A stretch of 64,000 bases of DNA from Candidatus Moraniibacteriota bacterium (GTDB taxonomy: Bacteria; Patescibacteriota; Minisyncoccia; Moranbacterales; UBA1568), in contig JBPOIB010000005.1 of assembly GCA_052034935.1 (NCBI GenBank), forward strand, positions 16,357-80,356. Direction: 5' to 3'. The notes under the pieces were generated by a model. The model made no database searches, was not told where the DNA came from, and saw only the letters and a program-made list of their open reading frames with translations. The position numbers were made by a program, and so were the translations under genes. Positions 1 through 9,445 of the stretch are shown one piece after another. Every line of letters starts with the position of its first letter. Position 1 is the stretch's first letter.

Positions 1-191
1 CGCTCCAGAACCCGTATCTCCGAGACGGAGTGGTGCTTCCGCCGGAAGCGGGTTTTGACCCGTCGCTTCCCGGGACGTGCAGCCCCGAGTCCTTGCCAGT
101 TAGCCTTTTCAAGGCTTACGGCTTTATCTGGGGCGGAGAGTGGGCGAGCCTCAAGGACTATATGCATTTCGAGCTCCCGGGCTCAATTTGA
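1..191 (+). CDS. 3' fragment of a peptidase M15 / VanY-like D-Ala-D-Ala carboxypeptidase-family protein (starts before the window)
   Basis: Open frame from position 3 ends at TGA 189-191. The C-terminus ...FKAYGFIWGGEWASLKDYMHFELPGSI resembles the conserved C-terminal Zn-peptidase motif (G-x-W...D.MHFE) of the M15 family. Confidence 0.45.
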   Translation, partial: LQNPYLRDGVVLPPEAGFDPSLPGTCSPESLPVSLFKAYGFIWGGEWASLKDYMHFELPGSI

Positions 192-280
192 AGGCGATCC
201 GCCACGGCGGATTGCCTTTTTTCTTTTATTGCCTTACCATAGGCCTGTCGCCTCTCGCAGGCGATTTCCTAACCCCATAT

Positions 281-352
<72 letters not shown>

Positions 353-361
353 CAACCTATA

Positions 362-388
362 AAAGAGGCTTACTAAAGCCTCTTTTTA
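362..388 (+). terminator. Rho-independent terminator after tRNA-Asn
   Basis: aagaggctt-actaa-agcctctt hairpin followed by a T-run. Confidence 0.7.
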
Positions 389-488
389 GTATGGACAGAA
401 TGGTAGTTTTGTGCTATCATAATTGGTTCAAATGGACTGAATTTGTTCGGGGCGACATCGTCCTATTTCCAAACGAGAGGAGAACGGA

Positions 489-764
489 ATGAGCGAAGTT
501 ACTAGCCCTGAACTGAGGGCATTGAATCAACGGCTGGATGCTCTCACTCTGGTGAAGAATTTCCAGATGACTCAGGCGAACTATCACGTCCTGATGAGCA
601 TCAAGAATCGGCTGCGCGATCTGCCCGACCAAGAAGGCGTCGAGCTGGATGCTGAGGACGAGGATTACCGCCAATATCTCGTGCAGTGCGCGTACAGGTG
701 GCTGAACGAGATGGAAGCCTACTATGAACGGCACGGCAACAAGTGGGCAGAGCCGACGGCGTGA
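489..764 (+). CDS. hypothetical protein (91 aa)
   Basis: ORF with RBS-like gagaggag upstream of the ATG. No recognisable motif. Confidence 0.4.
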   Translation: MSEVTSPELRALNQRLDALTLVKNFQMTQANYHVLMSIKNRLRDLPDQEGVELDAEDEDYRQYLVQCAYRWLNEMEAYYERHGNKWAEPTA

Positions 765-926
765 AGTTTCATGTCGCAGGACAATGGGCTGGCTACGAGG
801 TGATTTATCACTAAGTGCCAGCCCCTTTTTTATACCAAGATTCCTTCTATATTCTTTCATCATTTTCCCAATACTTCTCCAATCCAAAGTCCTAAGTTCA
901 TCCACTAGAGGGAGCAATCACATAAA

Positions 927-956
927 AACAAGGCCCAAATAAGCCTTGTTTTTTAT
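927..956 (+). terminator. Rho-independent terminator
   Basis: aacaaggc-ccaaataa-gccttgtt hairpin followed by ttttatt. Confidence 0.5.
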
Positions 957-1090
957 TGTCATCGGCAGAATTCAAACTGGTATACTTAAAAAATCAACGT
1001 AGGAGCTTACGGGTACGGGATGCGCCAACTTGTGCTGCTCAGTCCGCGTTGTCCCAGGCAATCAGTCGGAAATAACCGCAATCAATAATC

Positions 1091-1786
1091 ATGTACTTCT
1101 CGCTCTTCTTTCTCCAGAAAATATACCGGGTTGGGTTTCTTCTTGTCCTAATTTTGACGGTCCTTGATCTCTTTGCCTTCTTTTATTTTCCGAAGACGCT
1201 GTTCAGTGAAATCTTTACGGCGACTCGGGAACAGACTCCACTAACCTGGCTCTCGGCCCTTGCCTTTCTCTTCCTCGGTCTCGGGTGCCTGAGTGTCTAT
1301 TATCGGTTAGCCGGCAAGATCTGGTATTTTCTCGCCGCGACCTTCCTTTTCTACAGCTTGGATGACGCGACCTATCTCCATGAGCGACTCTCCGGCGCTG
1401 TCCAAGGCAGCTCAGACTTTCTCTCGAGCTTCCCGACCTATATCTGGGGGGTTGTGTATATGCCACTCCTCGCCTTTTCCTTTTGTGCGCTCCTCTACCT
1501 CCTATGGAAAAAAGCCCTATCCCAATCGCGGAAGCCGATCATTCTTGGGCTACTCCTTCTCGTCGCTGCCTTTTCTCTCGACCTCATTGATGGCCTTACG
1601 CAAAAGAACTCGGCCATCGTCTTCTGTCTTGATCCGGCATGCCACAAGATAGTCCTTCACCTGCTCCGACTACTCGAAGAAGTCCTCGAGGTGCTCGCTG
1701 TCGGTGTGATCGGATATACGCTCATCCGGGAACATAACCTTGTACCAGGCTCTTTGACCAAGAAGCCAGGGGAGAGTACCCTATAA
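1091..1786 (+). CDS. hypothetical polytopic membrane protein
   Basis: 231 aa with about 6 predicted hydrophobic helices. No diagnostic motif. Confidence 0.55.
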   Translation: MYFSLFFLQKIYRVGFLLVLILTVLDLFAFFYFPKTLFSEIFTATREQTPLTWLSALAFLFLGLGCLSVYYRLAGKIWYFLAATFLFYSLDDATYLHERLSGAVQGSSDFLSSFPTYIWGVVYMPLLAFSFCALLYLLWKKALSQSRKPIILGLLLLVAAFSLDLIDGLTQKNSAIVFCLDPACHKIVLHLLRLLEEVLEVLAVGVIGYTLIREHNLVPGSLTKKPGESTL

Positions 1787-1809
1787 ATAGACTTCCTAAT
1801 ATAAAAACT

Positions 1810-2427
1810 ATGCCAGATACCAGTCAGAAAACAGAAAAGCTCTTATTCGGGACCCTGAGCGTGTTCTTGCTCGCACTCGCCTTCAACTTTTTCACCGGTG
1901 AGTTCCGGCCGACTCAGTCGGTTTCGGCCAAAGATGGCGAACAGTCGGGCGAGCCGTCCGAGCCGTCGAAACAATCCGAAGATGATCAATCCGAAGATAA
2001 GGATGATGCCGATGAAAAATCCGTCGATGACGAAGATTCTGTTGATGACGTTTCGGTAAAGCCGGCCGCCAAATCAACAGCGAAGACGACGACACAGATG
2101 AAGACCCAGGAGGACTCGATGGATGATTTGTCGGTAAAATCCACTGATGATGTTTCCGTCGAGACGGAGAATGAAATGTCCGTGAAGTCGTCCGATGGCG
2201 ATGGGGATTCTGAGGTTTCATCCGCGAACTACGAGACCGTCGTTCAGGAGGCCGTAGTCGTCGAGTCGAAGCCGGAAACAGAAACGGTTAAAGTGACACG
2301 AGATGAAAAGCTTTTCTTCATCCTCCCGGTCGAAGTCGAATCTGAAGTAGTACTCAATAAGGAGGGTGCTGTCGTGAGCGAGCGGAGGGATTTTATCAAC
2401 TGGCTCAAGTCAATTTTTAGTCTGTAG
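1810..2427 (+). CDS. hypothetical membrane-anchored acidic repeat protein
   Basis: N-terminal TM helix, then a D/E/S-rich low-complexity region with repeated ...DDVSVK / DDLSVKS / EMSVKSSD units. Confidence 0.5.
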   Translation: MPDTSQKTEKLLFGTLSVFLLALAFNFFTGEFRPTQSVSAKDGEQSGEPSEPSKQSEDDQSEDKDDADEKSVDDEDSVDDVSVKPAAKSTAKTTTQMKTQEDSMDDLSVKSTDDVSVETENEMSVKSSDGDGDSEVSSANYETVVQEAVVVESKPETETVKVTRDEKLFFILPVEVESEVVLNKEGAVVSERRDFINWLKSIFSL

Positions 2428-2559
2428 ATGGTAGAAATCTGTTGTTGAGGAGGATGCGGGGCGTCAAGGCTCCGTATTTTCTTACCAAAAACGAACGACA
2501 CCCCACAGGTAAGTGAAAATATCCTGTATGCTAAAAGAAGTAATATCTTACGTAACTGT

Positions 2560-2976
2560 ATGGAGAGCAAGGAACAATTGAGGGTGGGTTTATCGGTGAT
2601 AGCGATCATTGCGTCGGGCTTTTTCGGGTACCAGCTTGGGAGCGCGCCAAGATCAGCAACGGTGGCGAATACTACCGTCTCTGAACATTCGGGCATGACT
2701 ATGGATGAAATGACAACGGGACTGACCGGTCTTTCGGGTGACGCCTTCGACCGTGCCTTTATTGAAATGATGATCATTCACCATCAGGGAGCGGTCGATA
2801 TGGCCGCGCTCATCCCGGCGAACGCGAAGCATGAGGAATTGAAGAAACTTGGCCAGGAAATTACCACTGCTCAGATGGGAGAAATCATGATGATGCAGCA
2901 GTGGCTGACGGACTGGGGATATGTCGGCGCCAATCAGAAAGCGGATGATGGCAGAGTGTCGGGCATGCAGCACTAG
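2560..2976 (+). CDS. DUF305-family protein (single domain)
   Basis: N-terminal TM/signal; motif EMMIIHHQGAVDMA is typical of DUF305 (HH-x-GA) proteins found in copper-stress loci. Confidence 0.7.
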   Translation: MESKEQLRVGLSVIAIIASGFFGYQLGSAPRSATVANTTVSEHSGMTMDEMTTGLTGLSGDAFDRAFIEMMIIHHQGAVDMAALIPANAKHEELKKLGQEITTAQMGEIMMMQQWLTDWGYVGANQKADDGRVSGMQH

Positions 2977-3056
2977 GAGTGGGTGCTGAGAGGGTTGGAT
3001 AGAGTTATCTGTGCGCTTCAACAGAATGTGTTAGATTGGAGGGAATCGTTTTCTGC

Positions 3057-4211
3057 ATGAAGAGAGATACTGTCCTAAAAATCGTGGCCATATCCCTGTT
3101 CTTCCTCGGCCTTTTCGCCACGGGAGCAACCTTGCTTTTGAACGGAAGACAATCTGGCCCGCTGCAACCACTTACTTACACTGAGCATAAGACCGAACTG
3201 AACCCAGGCAGCCTTACCCCAGACCAGCCAGAATCAGAGGAAAAGAATGTGTCGGAACCGGTAGTTTTGCCCGAAGAACAGAACGAAAAATCCGAGGATA
3301 AGCCTTCGTCCGCCGAGAAGCCGATTCTCCCTCTCCCAAAGCTTCCAATTTTGGGAGCGCCGAAACAGCATTCCGACGATATCCTGCGCATCGGTTTTCT
3401 GACCGATCCTCATATCTGGTCGGAGGCGGTCGGCAATACGCCGAGTCAGAAAAAAATCGGCCCGGTGTATATCCAGAAGATCAACCATTTTCTGCGTCAG
3501 ATGAACGATGTATTCGGTCCGGACATCATCATCATCAATGGTGATGTGATCGAGGGGACCAAGATCTCTTCGGCCCAGGGGAGGGAGGAGCTGCATCAAG
3601 CAAAGATGTTATTCGACCAGACGGCGATACCGAAGTACTGGGTGATTGGGAATCACGATGTCCGCTCTGTCACTAAGCCGGAGTGGAAGGAGGCACTCAG
3701 TATCGATTACCTTCATGTGTCCTTCGTCAGTAAGGGACACCGCATCATTATGGTAGACAGCAATTTCGGACCAGACGGGGATGATGCGAAACCCGGAAAC
3801 AGTAAGCTCTACACGCGCGGCTTTGTCGCGAAGCAGGAGCTTGATTGGTTGAGGCAGGAGCTTGACACGCCGGAGCCGAAAATCGTTTTTCTCCATCATC
3901 CGCCAACGCGCAGCAATCCCGGGAAACCCGATAGCGGCATCCTCAGGAATGCTGATGAGCTCCGCGCGCTCTTTGTTGGGAAGAACGTGAAAGCGGTTTT
4001 TGGCGGGCATATCGAGAAACTCCAGGCAGAGACACAGGACGATACGAACTATTTTGTTTTCCCAGGGATGACCAAGAGTCCGGCATATGCTGGGAACTTC
4101 GTTTCAATCAGTATTGATGAGGGCGGTGTGAAGACAGAAATGAGCTATATCGGCCCGGGTGGGAAGTACCAGACCATGAAGGTTCAACCGATTCCGGTCG
4201 AGAAAGACTGA
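3057..4211 (+). CDS. calcineurin-like metallophosphoesterase, membrane-anchored
   Basis: Motifs GFLTDPHIW, IIINGDVIEG, VIGNHDV, VFLHHPP and FGGHIE match the phosphoesterase signature D-x-H...GD...GNH(D/E)...H...GH. The track ORF starts at TTG 3036; the ATG at 3057 has GGAGGG upstream. Confidence 0.75.
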   Translation: MKRDTVLKIVAISLFFLGLFATGATLLLNGRQSGPLQPLTYTEHKTELNPGSLTPDQPESEEKNVSEPVVLPEEQNEKSEDKPSSAEKPILPLPKLPILGAPKQHSDDILRIGFLTDPHIWSEAVGNTPSQKKIGPVYIQKINHFLRQMNDVFGPDIIIINGDVIEGTKISSAQGREELHQAKMLFDQTAIPKYWVIGNHDVRSVTKPEWKEALSIDYLHVSFVSKGHRIIMVDSNFGPDGDDAKPGNSKLYTRGFVAKQELDWLRQELDTPEPKIVFLHHPPTRSNPGKPDSGILRNADELRALFVGKNVKAVFGGHIEKLQAETQDDTNYFVFPGMTKSPAYAGNFVSISIDEGGVKTEMSYIGPGGKYQTMKVQPIPVEKD

Positions 4212-4224
4212 ACAGCCAATCAAG

Positions 4225-4254
4225 AAAAAACCACCCGATTGGGTGGTTTTTTCT
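4225..4254. terminator. bidirectional rho-independent terminator
   Basis: aaaaaa-ccaccc-gatt-gggtgg-tttttt sits between convergent genes. Confidence 0.8.
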
Positions 4255-4266
4255 TTACTATGTCGC

Positions 4267-5052
4267 CTAGCGCTGAAATGCTTTTTTCAGCTCGGCTTTG
4301 GCTGACTCGACAGAAGCTTTGAAGGCTTCGCTGGCGGTCTTGATTTTGGCGTTGCGGGCCGCTACGAGGTCCGGCCGCGGATCACGTGCCTTATCGAGGC
4401 TCTCATAACCAGCCTTCAACTCGTTTCGAGCGTTTTTCAAATCGGAGCGGAGCGTTTCACGGACAGTTTTGACAGCTGTTCCGTTATCGCAGCTTGAAAC
4501 CGCTTTTTTGAAAGCCGTTTCAACATCACTCTTGAACTCCACGAGCACCGAGTCTATCCCGCCTTGACGGCCGCTGATAGATGTGTCCATCGCTTTTCGA
4601 AACTCATTGACGGCGCTATCGGTAGACTTTTGGCGAGTTTCCGTAGCAGCCTCAACCGCGTCTTCGAAGGCCTTTACGGCTGCTTTTTCCTCTTCGGTGT
4701 TGGCACGCTCTGTGAGATTAGCGTAGCGTTTATTACGGTATGCTTCGCGCTCATCGCGATTGCTGGTCCGTTTTTCGTCCCAGGTGGCACGCTTTCCAGT
4801 GAGCGTCTCGAGCCGGTCGTCTTGTTTTCCGTCCTTCTGTCCGATCCTCTCGGTAATCCGCTTGAGAATCTCGGTCGACCGAGTGTCAAGACGGGAACAA
4901 AGTTGATCAGTCACGGCAGCTTTCCGATTCTCGAGCCGGTCTTCGAATGCAGCTGATGCAGTGATCGGCTGGAGGCCGGCGATACCGAGCACTGTGAGGA
5001 GTGAAAGCGCGCTTCGGCGGCGATTAGAGAGTATCTTCATCATAAGATTCAT
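4267..5052 (-). CDS. secreted coiled-coil protein, hypothetical
   Basis: Signal peptide (LLTVLGIAGLQPITASAAFE) followed by K/E/R/A-rich helical repeats. It overlaps the upstream anti-sigma gene by about 29 nt. Confidence 0.5.
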   Translation of the reverse strand: MNLMMKILSNRRRSALSLLTVLGIAGLQPITASAAFEDRLENRKAAVTDQLCSRLDTRSTEILKRITERIGQKDGKQDDRLETLTGKRATWDEKRTSNRDEREAYRNKRYANLTERANTEEEKAAVKAFEDAVEAATETRQKSTDSAVNEFRKAMDTSISGRQGGIDSVLVEFKSDVETAFKKAVSSCDNGTAVKTVRETLRSDLKNARNELKAGYESLDKARDPRPDLVAARNAKIKTASEAFKASVESAKAELKKAFQR

Positions 5053-5578
5053 AGAGACTGATTAAAAGGGCGTCTTCTTCAGCATCGCTTCCGGACTCAA
5101 ATCGGTCCTCTTCACCGAAGTCTTCGTCCGAAACAGTGGTCAGTTCCGCTAGCACCGTATCGATTGGGGTGCCGGCTGATACTGGGCCGTCCGAGTCGAT
5201 GACTGGTGTCCCGACTGACTGTGCCGGAGATGTTTCTTTGGGAGCGCTGCCGATGACCGGATTCGGAGCGGTGTTCGGATTCTGATTATTGAGTCCGAAC
5301 GTGATACCGACGACCGTAAGGACGGCGATTAAGGCGAAAGCATACCGGGGCCAGGTATTTTGGAGCATAGAGAGCCAAGTTATCGATTTACGTGCCTCCT
5401 GTTTGAAAAGACGAGGGGTTTCACTCTTTGTGACAGCCGGATCAGGGAGTGCTTCGAGGAGCCTGGTGAAGGCTTCTCGGCGTGGCTCGAGCGAAGAGTG
5501 TAGCTTTTCGGCAGAGCGGCGAAAAGTGATGAATTCCGGGTCTTCTTCGGGCGATGAAGATGAATAAGGCTGATTCAT
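5024..5578 (-). CDS. putative anti-sigma factor (single TM)
   Basis: The ATG lies 5 nt beyond the sigma-factor stop. Central TM helix YAFALIAVLTVVGITFGL and an acidic C-terminus. The position immediately downstream of an ECF sigma is typical. Confidence 0.5.
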   Translation of the reverse strand: MNQPYSSSSPEEDPEFITFRRSAEKLHSSLEPRREAFTRLLEALPDPAVTKSETPRLFKQEARKSITWLSMLQNTWPRYAFALIAVLTVVGITFGLNNQNPNTAPNPVIGSAPKETSPAQSVGTPVIDSDGPVSAGTPIDTVLAELTTVSDEDFGEEDRFESGSDAEEDALLISLYESYDEDTL

Positions 5579-5582
5579 AGAT

Positions 5583-6137
5583 TTAGATACTAAAGAGTTG
5601 AACGTGACTGCTCCGGAGTCTTTTGAGGGCACGGGACTGGATTTGGCGGACATTCGCTTCGGACAGACCGGTTATGCTGGCGATTTCGCGATGGGAGAGT
5701 TCGGAAAAGAAACGAAGCGTGATGATTTCCCGCTCTCGATCGTCGAGGGTGGCGAGGGCAACGGAGAGCTCTTCGAGTCGGTCGGCAACTTCGAGTGTGT
5801 CGTTTGGCGAGGGGTTTGCGCTTGGTCGATCACGAAACGCCTCTTCGACAGGGGTGTCCGGCAGAAGATCCTTTTTTTGCCGATAGTAGTCGATGATACT
5901 ATTCCGGGCCATCTGGTAGAGATAGGGGAGGAATTCTATCTCAGCTCCTTTCTCGGAAAGGGAGAGCGCCTTGATGAAGAGGTTCTGAGTGAGATCTTCG
6001 GCCGTCTCACGATGCCGGACCGAAAGGATGATGTAGCGATAAAGCGGCGTGAACAAGCCTGAATACAAGCTTTCAAAAGCCCCGGGCTCATTCGCTTTAG
6101 CGGCCTGGAAGTAGGCTTGCGCCTCTTGGACGGTCAT
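5583..6137 (-). CDS. ECF-type RNA polymerase sigma-70 family factor
   Basis: Region 2 (LTQNLFIKAL...YLYQMARNSIIDYYR) and region 4 HTH (ITLRFFSELSHREIASITGLSEANVRQIQSRALKRL). Start taken at MTVQEAQ, which is internal to the track ORF. Confidence 0.8.
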   Translation of the reverse strand: MTVQEAQAYFQAAKANEPGAFESLYSGLFTPLYRYIILSVRHRETAEDLTQNLFIKALSLSEKGAEIEFLPYLYQMARNSIIDYYRQKKDLLPDTPVEEAFRDRPSANPSPNDTLEVADRLEELSVALATLDDREREIITLRFFSELSHREIASITGLSEANVRQIQSRALKRLRSSHVQLFSI

Positions 6138-6220
6138 AGATAAAAGAAAAGACGAAACAGGACCGAAAACGTGACAGATATAAACACTATAGCAAATACC
6201 ATCGGATTTTTCTGCTCTTC

Positions 6221-6249
6221 TTGACATACCCTAGGGGGGGTATTAGAAT
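6221..6249 (+). promoter_or_regulatory. sigma-70-like promoter (TTGACA-17-TAGAAT) with a CsoR-type operator (ATACCC-N6-GGGTAT) in the spacer
   Basis: TTGACA 6221-6226; GC-rich inverted repeat ATACCCtaggggGGGTAT at about 6226-6243; TAGAAT 6244-6249. It sits directly upstream of csoR. Confidence 0.55.
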
Positions 6250-6278
6250 TCAGGAAGAAATTCGTAATGTAACAAGCT

Positions 6279-6545
6279 ATGGCTAGTCTCTCAAAGCAGA
6301 AGCTCATTCGTCGACTCAAGATTATCGAGGGTCAGGTCCGTGGCTTACAAGAAATGATTGAAAAGGATGTCTACTGTATTGACGTCATTACCCAGACCTC
6401 AGCGGTGAAGCAGGGGCTGACCGTAATTGAGGACACGATGATGGAAAGTCATCTGGGGAGCTGCGTCATCAAGCAGATCAAGAGCGGAAAAGAACAGAAG
6501 GCAACCGAGGAAATCCTGAAGGTCTATCGGTTGAAAAGAAAATAA
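6279..6545 (+). CDS. csoR: CsoR/RcnR-family metal-sensing transcriptional repressor
   Basis: 88 aa; YCIDVITQTSAV...ESHLGSC matches the C-H-C metal-ligand pattern of the CsoR (DUF156) family. Confidence 0.8.
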   Translation: MASLSKQKLIRRLKIIEGQVRGLQEMIEKDVYCIDVITQTSAVKQGLTVIEDTMMESHLGSCVIKQIKSGKEQKATEEILKVYRLKRK

Positions 6546-6579
6546 GATACCTCGTATATAATTTTGAAAAAATACGCAT

Positions 6580-7143
6580 ATGTCATCCTCTCTCTCGCTC
6601 CCACTCGCCGTCGCTCTCATGATTATTACGGGAATTCTCGGGCTCGGAATCGGTCATTCTCTGACTCCTGAGTATCGGCTTTCGATGTATGAAAAGAACG
6701 GGATGGATCTCGGTCGTGCCGATCGAACACTCGACCTCCGGTATGTGAATGCAATGATTGCTCATCACCGGGGAGCGATGCTGGTCGCAGAACAGGCGAC
6801 AAAAAGTGAACGGACTGAAGTGAAGAATCTCGCTGAGGCGATACTGAAAGATGAGCCGAAGGCGATTGCTGAGCTGTACGCCTGGAAAAAAGACTGGTAT
6901 CAAGATGAACGAAAAGTCGCGGATCCGATTGCCCCGAAACTGGGAAGCTACGATAAGACGTTCGACCTCAGATTCCTCAACGCCGTTATCGCTCACCATG
7001 AAAATGGTGTCGCGATGACTCAGGATGTCCGCCTGAAGTCGAATCGCTCCGAAGTCCTCGATAATGCCGACGCGGTTGAGGCTTTCCTCAAGGGTGGGAT
7101 TACGATGCTCAAGGAGTGGCGCAGCGCTTGGTATAGCCTGTAA
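6580..7143 (+). CDS. DUF305-family protein (tandem duplicated domain)
   Basis: Two repeats carrying NAMIAHHRGAMLVA and NAVIAHHENGVAMT, with an N-terminal TM. Confidence 0.7.
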   Translation: MSSSLSLPLAVALMIITGILGLGIGHSLTPEYRLSMYEKNGMDLGRADRTLDLRYVNAMIAHHRGAMLVAEQATKSERTEVKNLAEAILKDEPKAIAELYAWKKDWYQDERKVADPIAPKLGSYDKTFDLRFLNAVIAHHENGVAMTQDVRLKSNRSEVLDNADAVEAFLKGGITMLKEWRSAWYSL

Positions 7144-7152
7144 TCCATCGGT

Positions 7153-9438
7153 ATGAAAAAAACAACTTTCTCTGTTGCCGGAATGCACTGCGCGAGTTGC
7201 GCTGCAATCATCACAAAATCACTCCAGAAGGTCGAAGGCATTGGTGAAGTACAAGTGAATTACGCCACTGAAACCGCGAGCGTTTCATACGAACAGTCGG
7301 TCGCACCGGTAGCGGCCATGAATGAGGCGGTCACCAAGTATGGCTACACTCTCGCTCCACGAGAGGTTCTTCCCCAAGCGGTGCTCGCTCCTGACCAGAG
7401 AGAACCTGGGCCGAGAGCTGGGGGCGACCATACGAATTCACTCAAGGCAAGCGAATTAGCCAGTCAGCGGGCTAAAACACAGCTGGTATTTCCTCTCGCG
7501 CTCGCCGTCTTCATTATCATGATGTGGGACATTGCCGCTCGCTCGCTCTCGGGCATTCCGAATCTGCCGCTTCCGATGGAAGTCTTCGGCATTGTGGAAC
7601 TTGTTCTCGCGACGGTGGTCATGTTCTGGATTGGCCAGCCATTCATTGCTGGTGTTGCCCGGTTTATTCGCTACCGGGTTGCCAATATGGATACCTTGAT
7701 CGGTATCGGAACACTTTCAGCCTACCTCTACAGCGCCGTTATCACCTTACTTCCAGAATTCCAGGAACGGTTCCGGCTCCCGGACTATACGTACTTTGAT
7801 GTCGTTATCGTTGTCATTGGTTTTGTCACGCTCGGTAAGTATCTCGAAGCAAAATCAAAGGAGAAAACGGGCGAGGCTATCAAAAAACTGCTTAACCTCC
7901 AAGCAAAAACGGCACTCGTTTTACGTGATGGAACAGAGCAAGAAATCCCAGTGAGCGAAGTGCTTGTAGGAGACACGGTAATCGTGAAACCGGGGAGCAA
8001 GGTTCCGGTTGATGGGAAAATCATCGAAGGTGCAACTGCGGTCGACGAATCAATGATTACTGGCGAGTCGATGCCGGCAGATAAGCGAGTCGGCGATATG
8101 GTTATCGGCGCCACACTCAATAAGCAGGGAAGTATCCAGCTTCACGCGACGAAAGTGGGGTCTGACACGATGCTTTCCCAGATTATCCGCATGGTTGAGG
8201 AAGCGCAGGGCTCAAAAGCGCCTATTCAGGCCACAGCCGACAGAATATCGGGAATTTTTGTCCCCGTGGTACTCGGCATCGCCTTCGCCGCACTCCTCGC
8301 CTGGATTGTCATCGGTTCGTTTTTCATCGGTCAGGCACTCGCTATCTCTTATGGATTGCTTTCCTTTGTTGGGGTACTGGTGATCGCTTGTCCCTGTGCT
8401 CTTGGCCTCGCTACTCCTACGGCGATTATCGTCGGAGTTGGCAAAGGAGCGCAGTATGGCATCTTGGTGAAAGACGCGGAGAGCCTCGAACTCCTCAGTC
8501 AGGTCGATACAATCGTCTTCGACAAGACCGGCACTATTACCAAAGGTGAGCCTGCGGTGACGGACGTTGTCGTTTTGGACAGTCGTTACACCGAAGAACA
8601 GATTGTCGTATTGGCCGGGAGTGTCGAAAAGAAATCCGAACATCCGCTCTCAGCAGCTATCGTTGCCCGAGTGAAGGAAATGGGGCTCGATTTTGCGCCG
8701 GCCGAGAGCTTTCAGGCACTGGAAGGAGTGGGGGTCGAGGCACACGTTCAAGGTACACAAATATCTATCCATAAGCCCGAAAAGGACAATCAAGACTCGA
8801 AGCTGCGAGCTCTTCAGGTAGAGGGAAAGACGGTTGTCATCGTGGCGGCAGACGGTCGAGAGGTGGCGCTCATTGCTCTCGCTGACACCATAAAAGAGGA
8901 GGCGGTTTTGGCGGTTACTGAACTGCGAAAGAGGGGTATCCGAACTATCATGTTAAGCGGAGACAACAAAATCGTGGCTAATCAAATTGCGAAAGAGGCT
9001 GGGATTGATACGGTCATCGCCGAAGTTCTGCCCAACGAGAAAGCGGGGAAGATTCGTGAATTGCAGGCGGCGGGGAGTATCGTCGCCATGGTGGGTGATG
9101 GGATCAATGATGCCCCGGCTCTCGTTCAAGCGAATGTCGGAATCGCTATGGCAACCGGCACCGATATCGCGATCGAATCAGCCGGAGTGACGGTGCTCCA
9201 CGGAGATCTTCGTCGGGTTGTCCAGGCCATCGAGCTCTCGCGGGCGACGATTCGAACGGTAAAACAGAACCTTTTCTGGGCGTTCATCTATAATGTCATC
9301 GGTATTCCGGTCGCGGCGGGACTCCTCTATCCGCTGTGGGGTATCATTCTGAATCCAGTGTTCGCCGGTCTTGCGATGGCCTTCTCGAGTTTGTCAGTGG
9401 TCGGGAATTCACTCCGACTGAAAACGAAAAAATTATAG
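7153..9438 (+). CDS. copA: copper-translocating P1B-type ATPase
   Basis: N-terminal HMA (GMHCASCA), CPC (ACPCALGLATP), DKTGTIT, GDGINDAPAL, and a TGES-like motif. Confidence 0.9.
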   Translation: MKKTTFSVAGMHCASCAAIITKSLQKVEGIGEVQVNYATETASVSYEQSVAPVAAMNEAVTKYGYTLAPREVLPQAVLAPDQREPGPRAGGDHTNSLKASELASQRAKTQLVFPLALAVFIIMMWDIAARSLSGIPNLPLPMEVFGIVELVLATVVMFWIGQPFIAGVARFIRYRVANMDTLIGIGTLSAYLYSAVITLLPEFQERFRLPDYTYFDVVIVVIGFVTLGKYLEAKSKEKTGEAIKKLLNLQAKTALVLRDGTEQEIPVSEVLVGDTVIVKPGSKVPVDGKIIEGATAVDESMITGESMPADKRVGDMVIGATLNKQGSIQLHATKVGSDTMLSQIIRMVEEAQGSKAPIQATADRISGIFVPVVLGIAFAALLAWIVIGSFFIGQALAISYGLLSFVGVLVIACPCALGLATPTAIIVGVGKGAQYGILVKDAESLELLSQVDTIVFDKTGTITKGEPAVTDVVVLDSRYTEEQIVVLAGSVEKKSEHPLSAAIVARVKEMGLDFAPAESFQALEGVGVEAHVQGTQISIHKPEKDNQDSKLRALQVEGKTVVIVAADGREVALIALADTIKEEAVLAVTELRKRGIRTIMLSGDNKIVANQIAKEAGIDTVIAEVLPNEKAGKIRELQAAGSIVAMVGDGINDAPALVQANVGIAMATGTDIAIESAGVTVLHGDLRRVVQAIELSRATIRTVKQNLFWAFIYNVIGIPVAAGLLYPLWGIILNPVFAGLAMAFSSLSVVGNSLRLKTKKL

Positions 9439-9445
9439 CATCACT

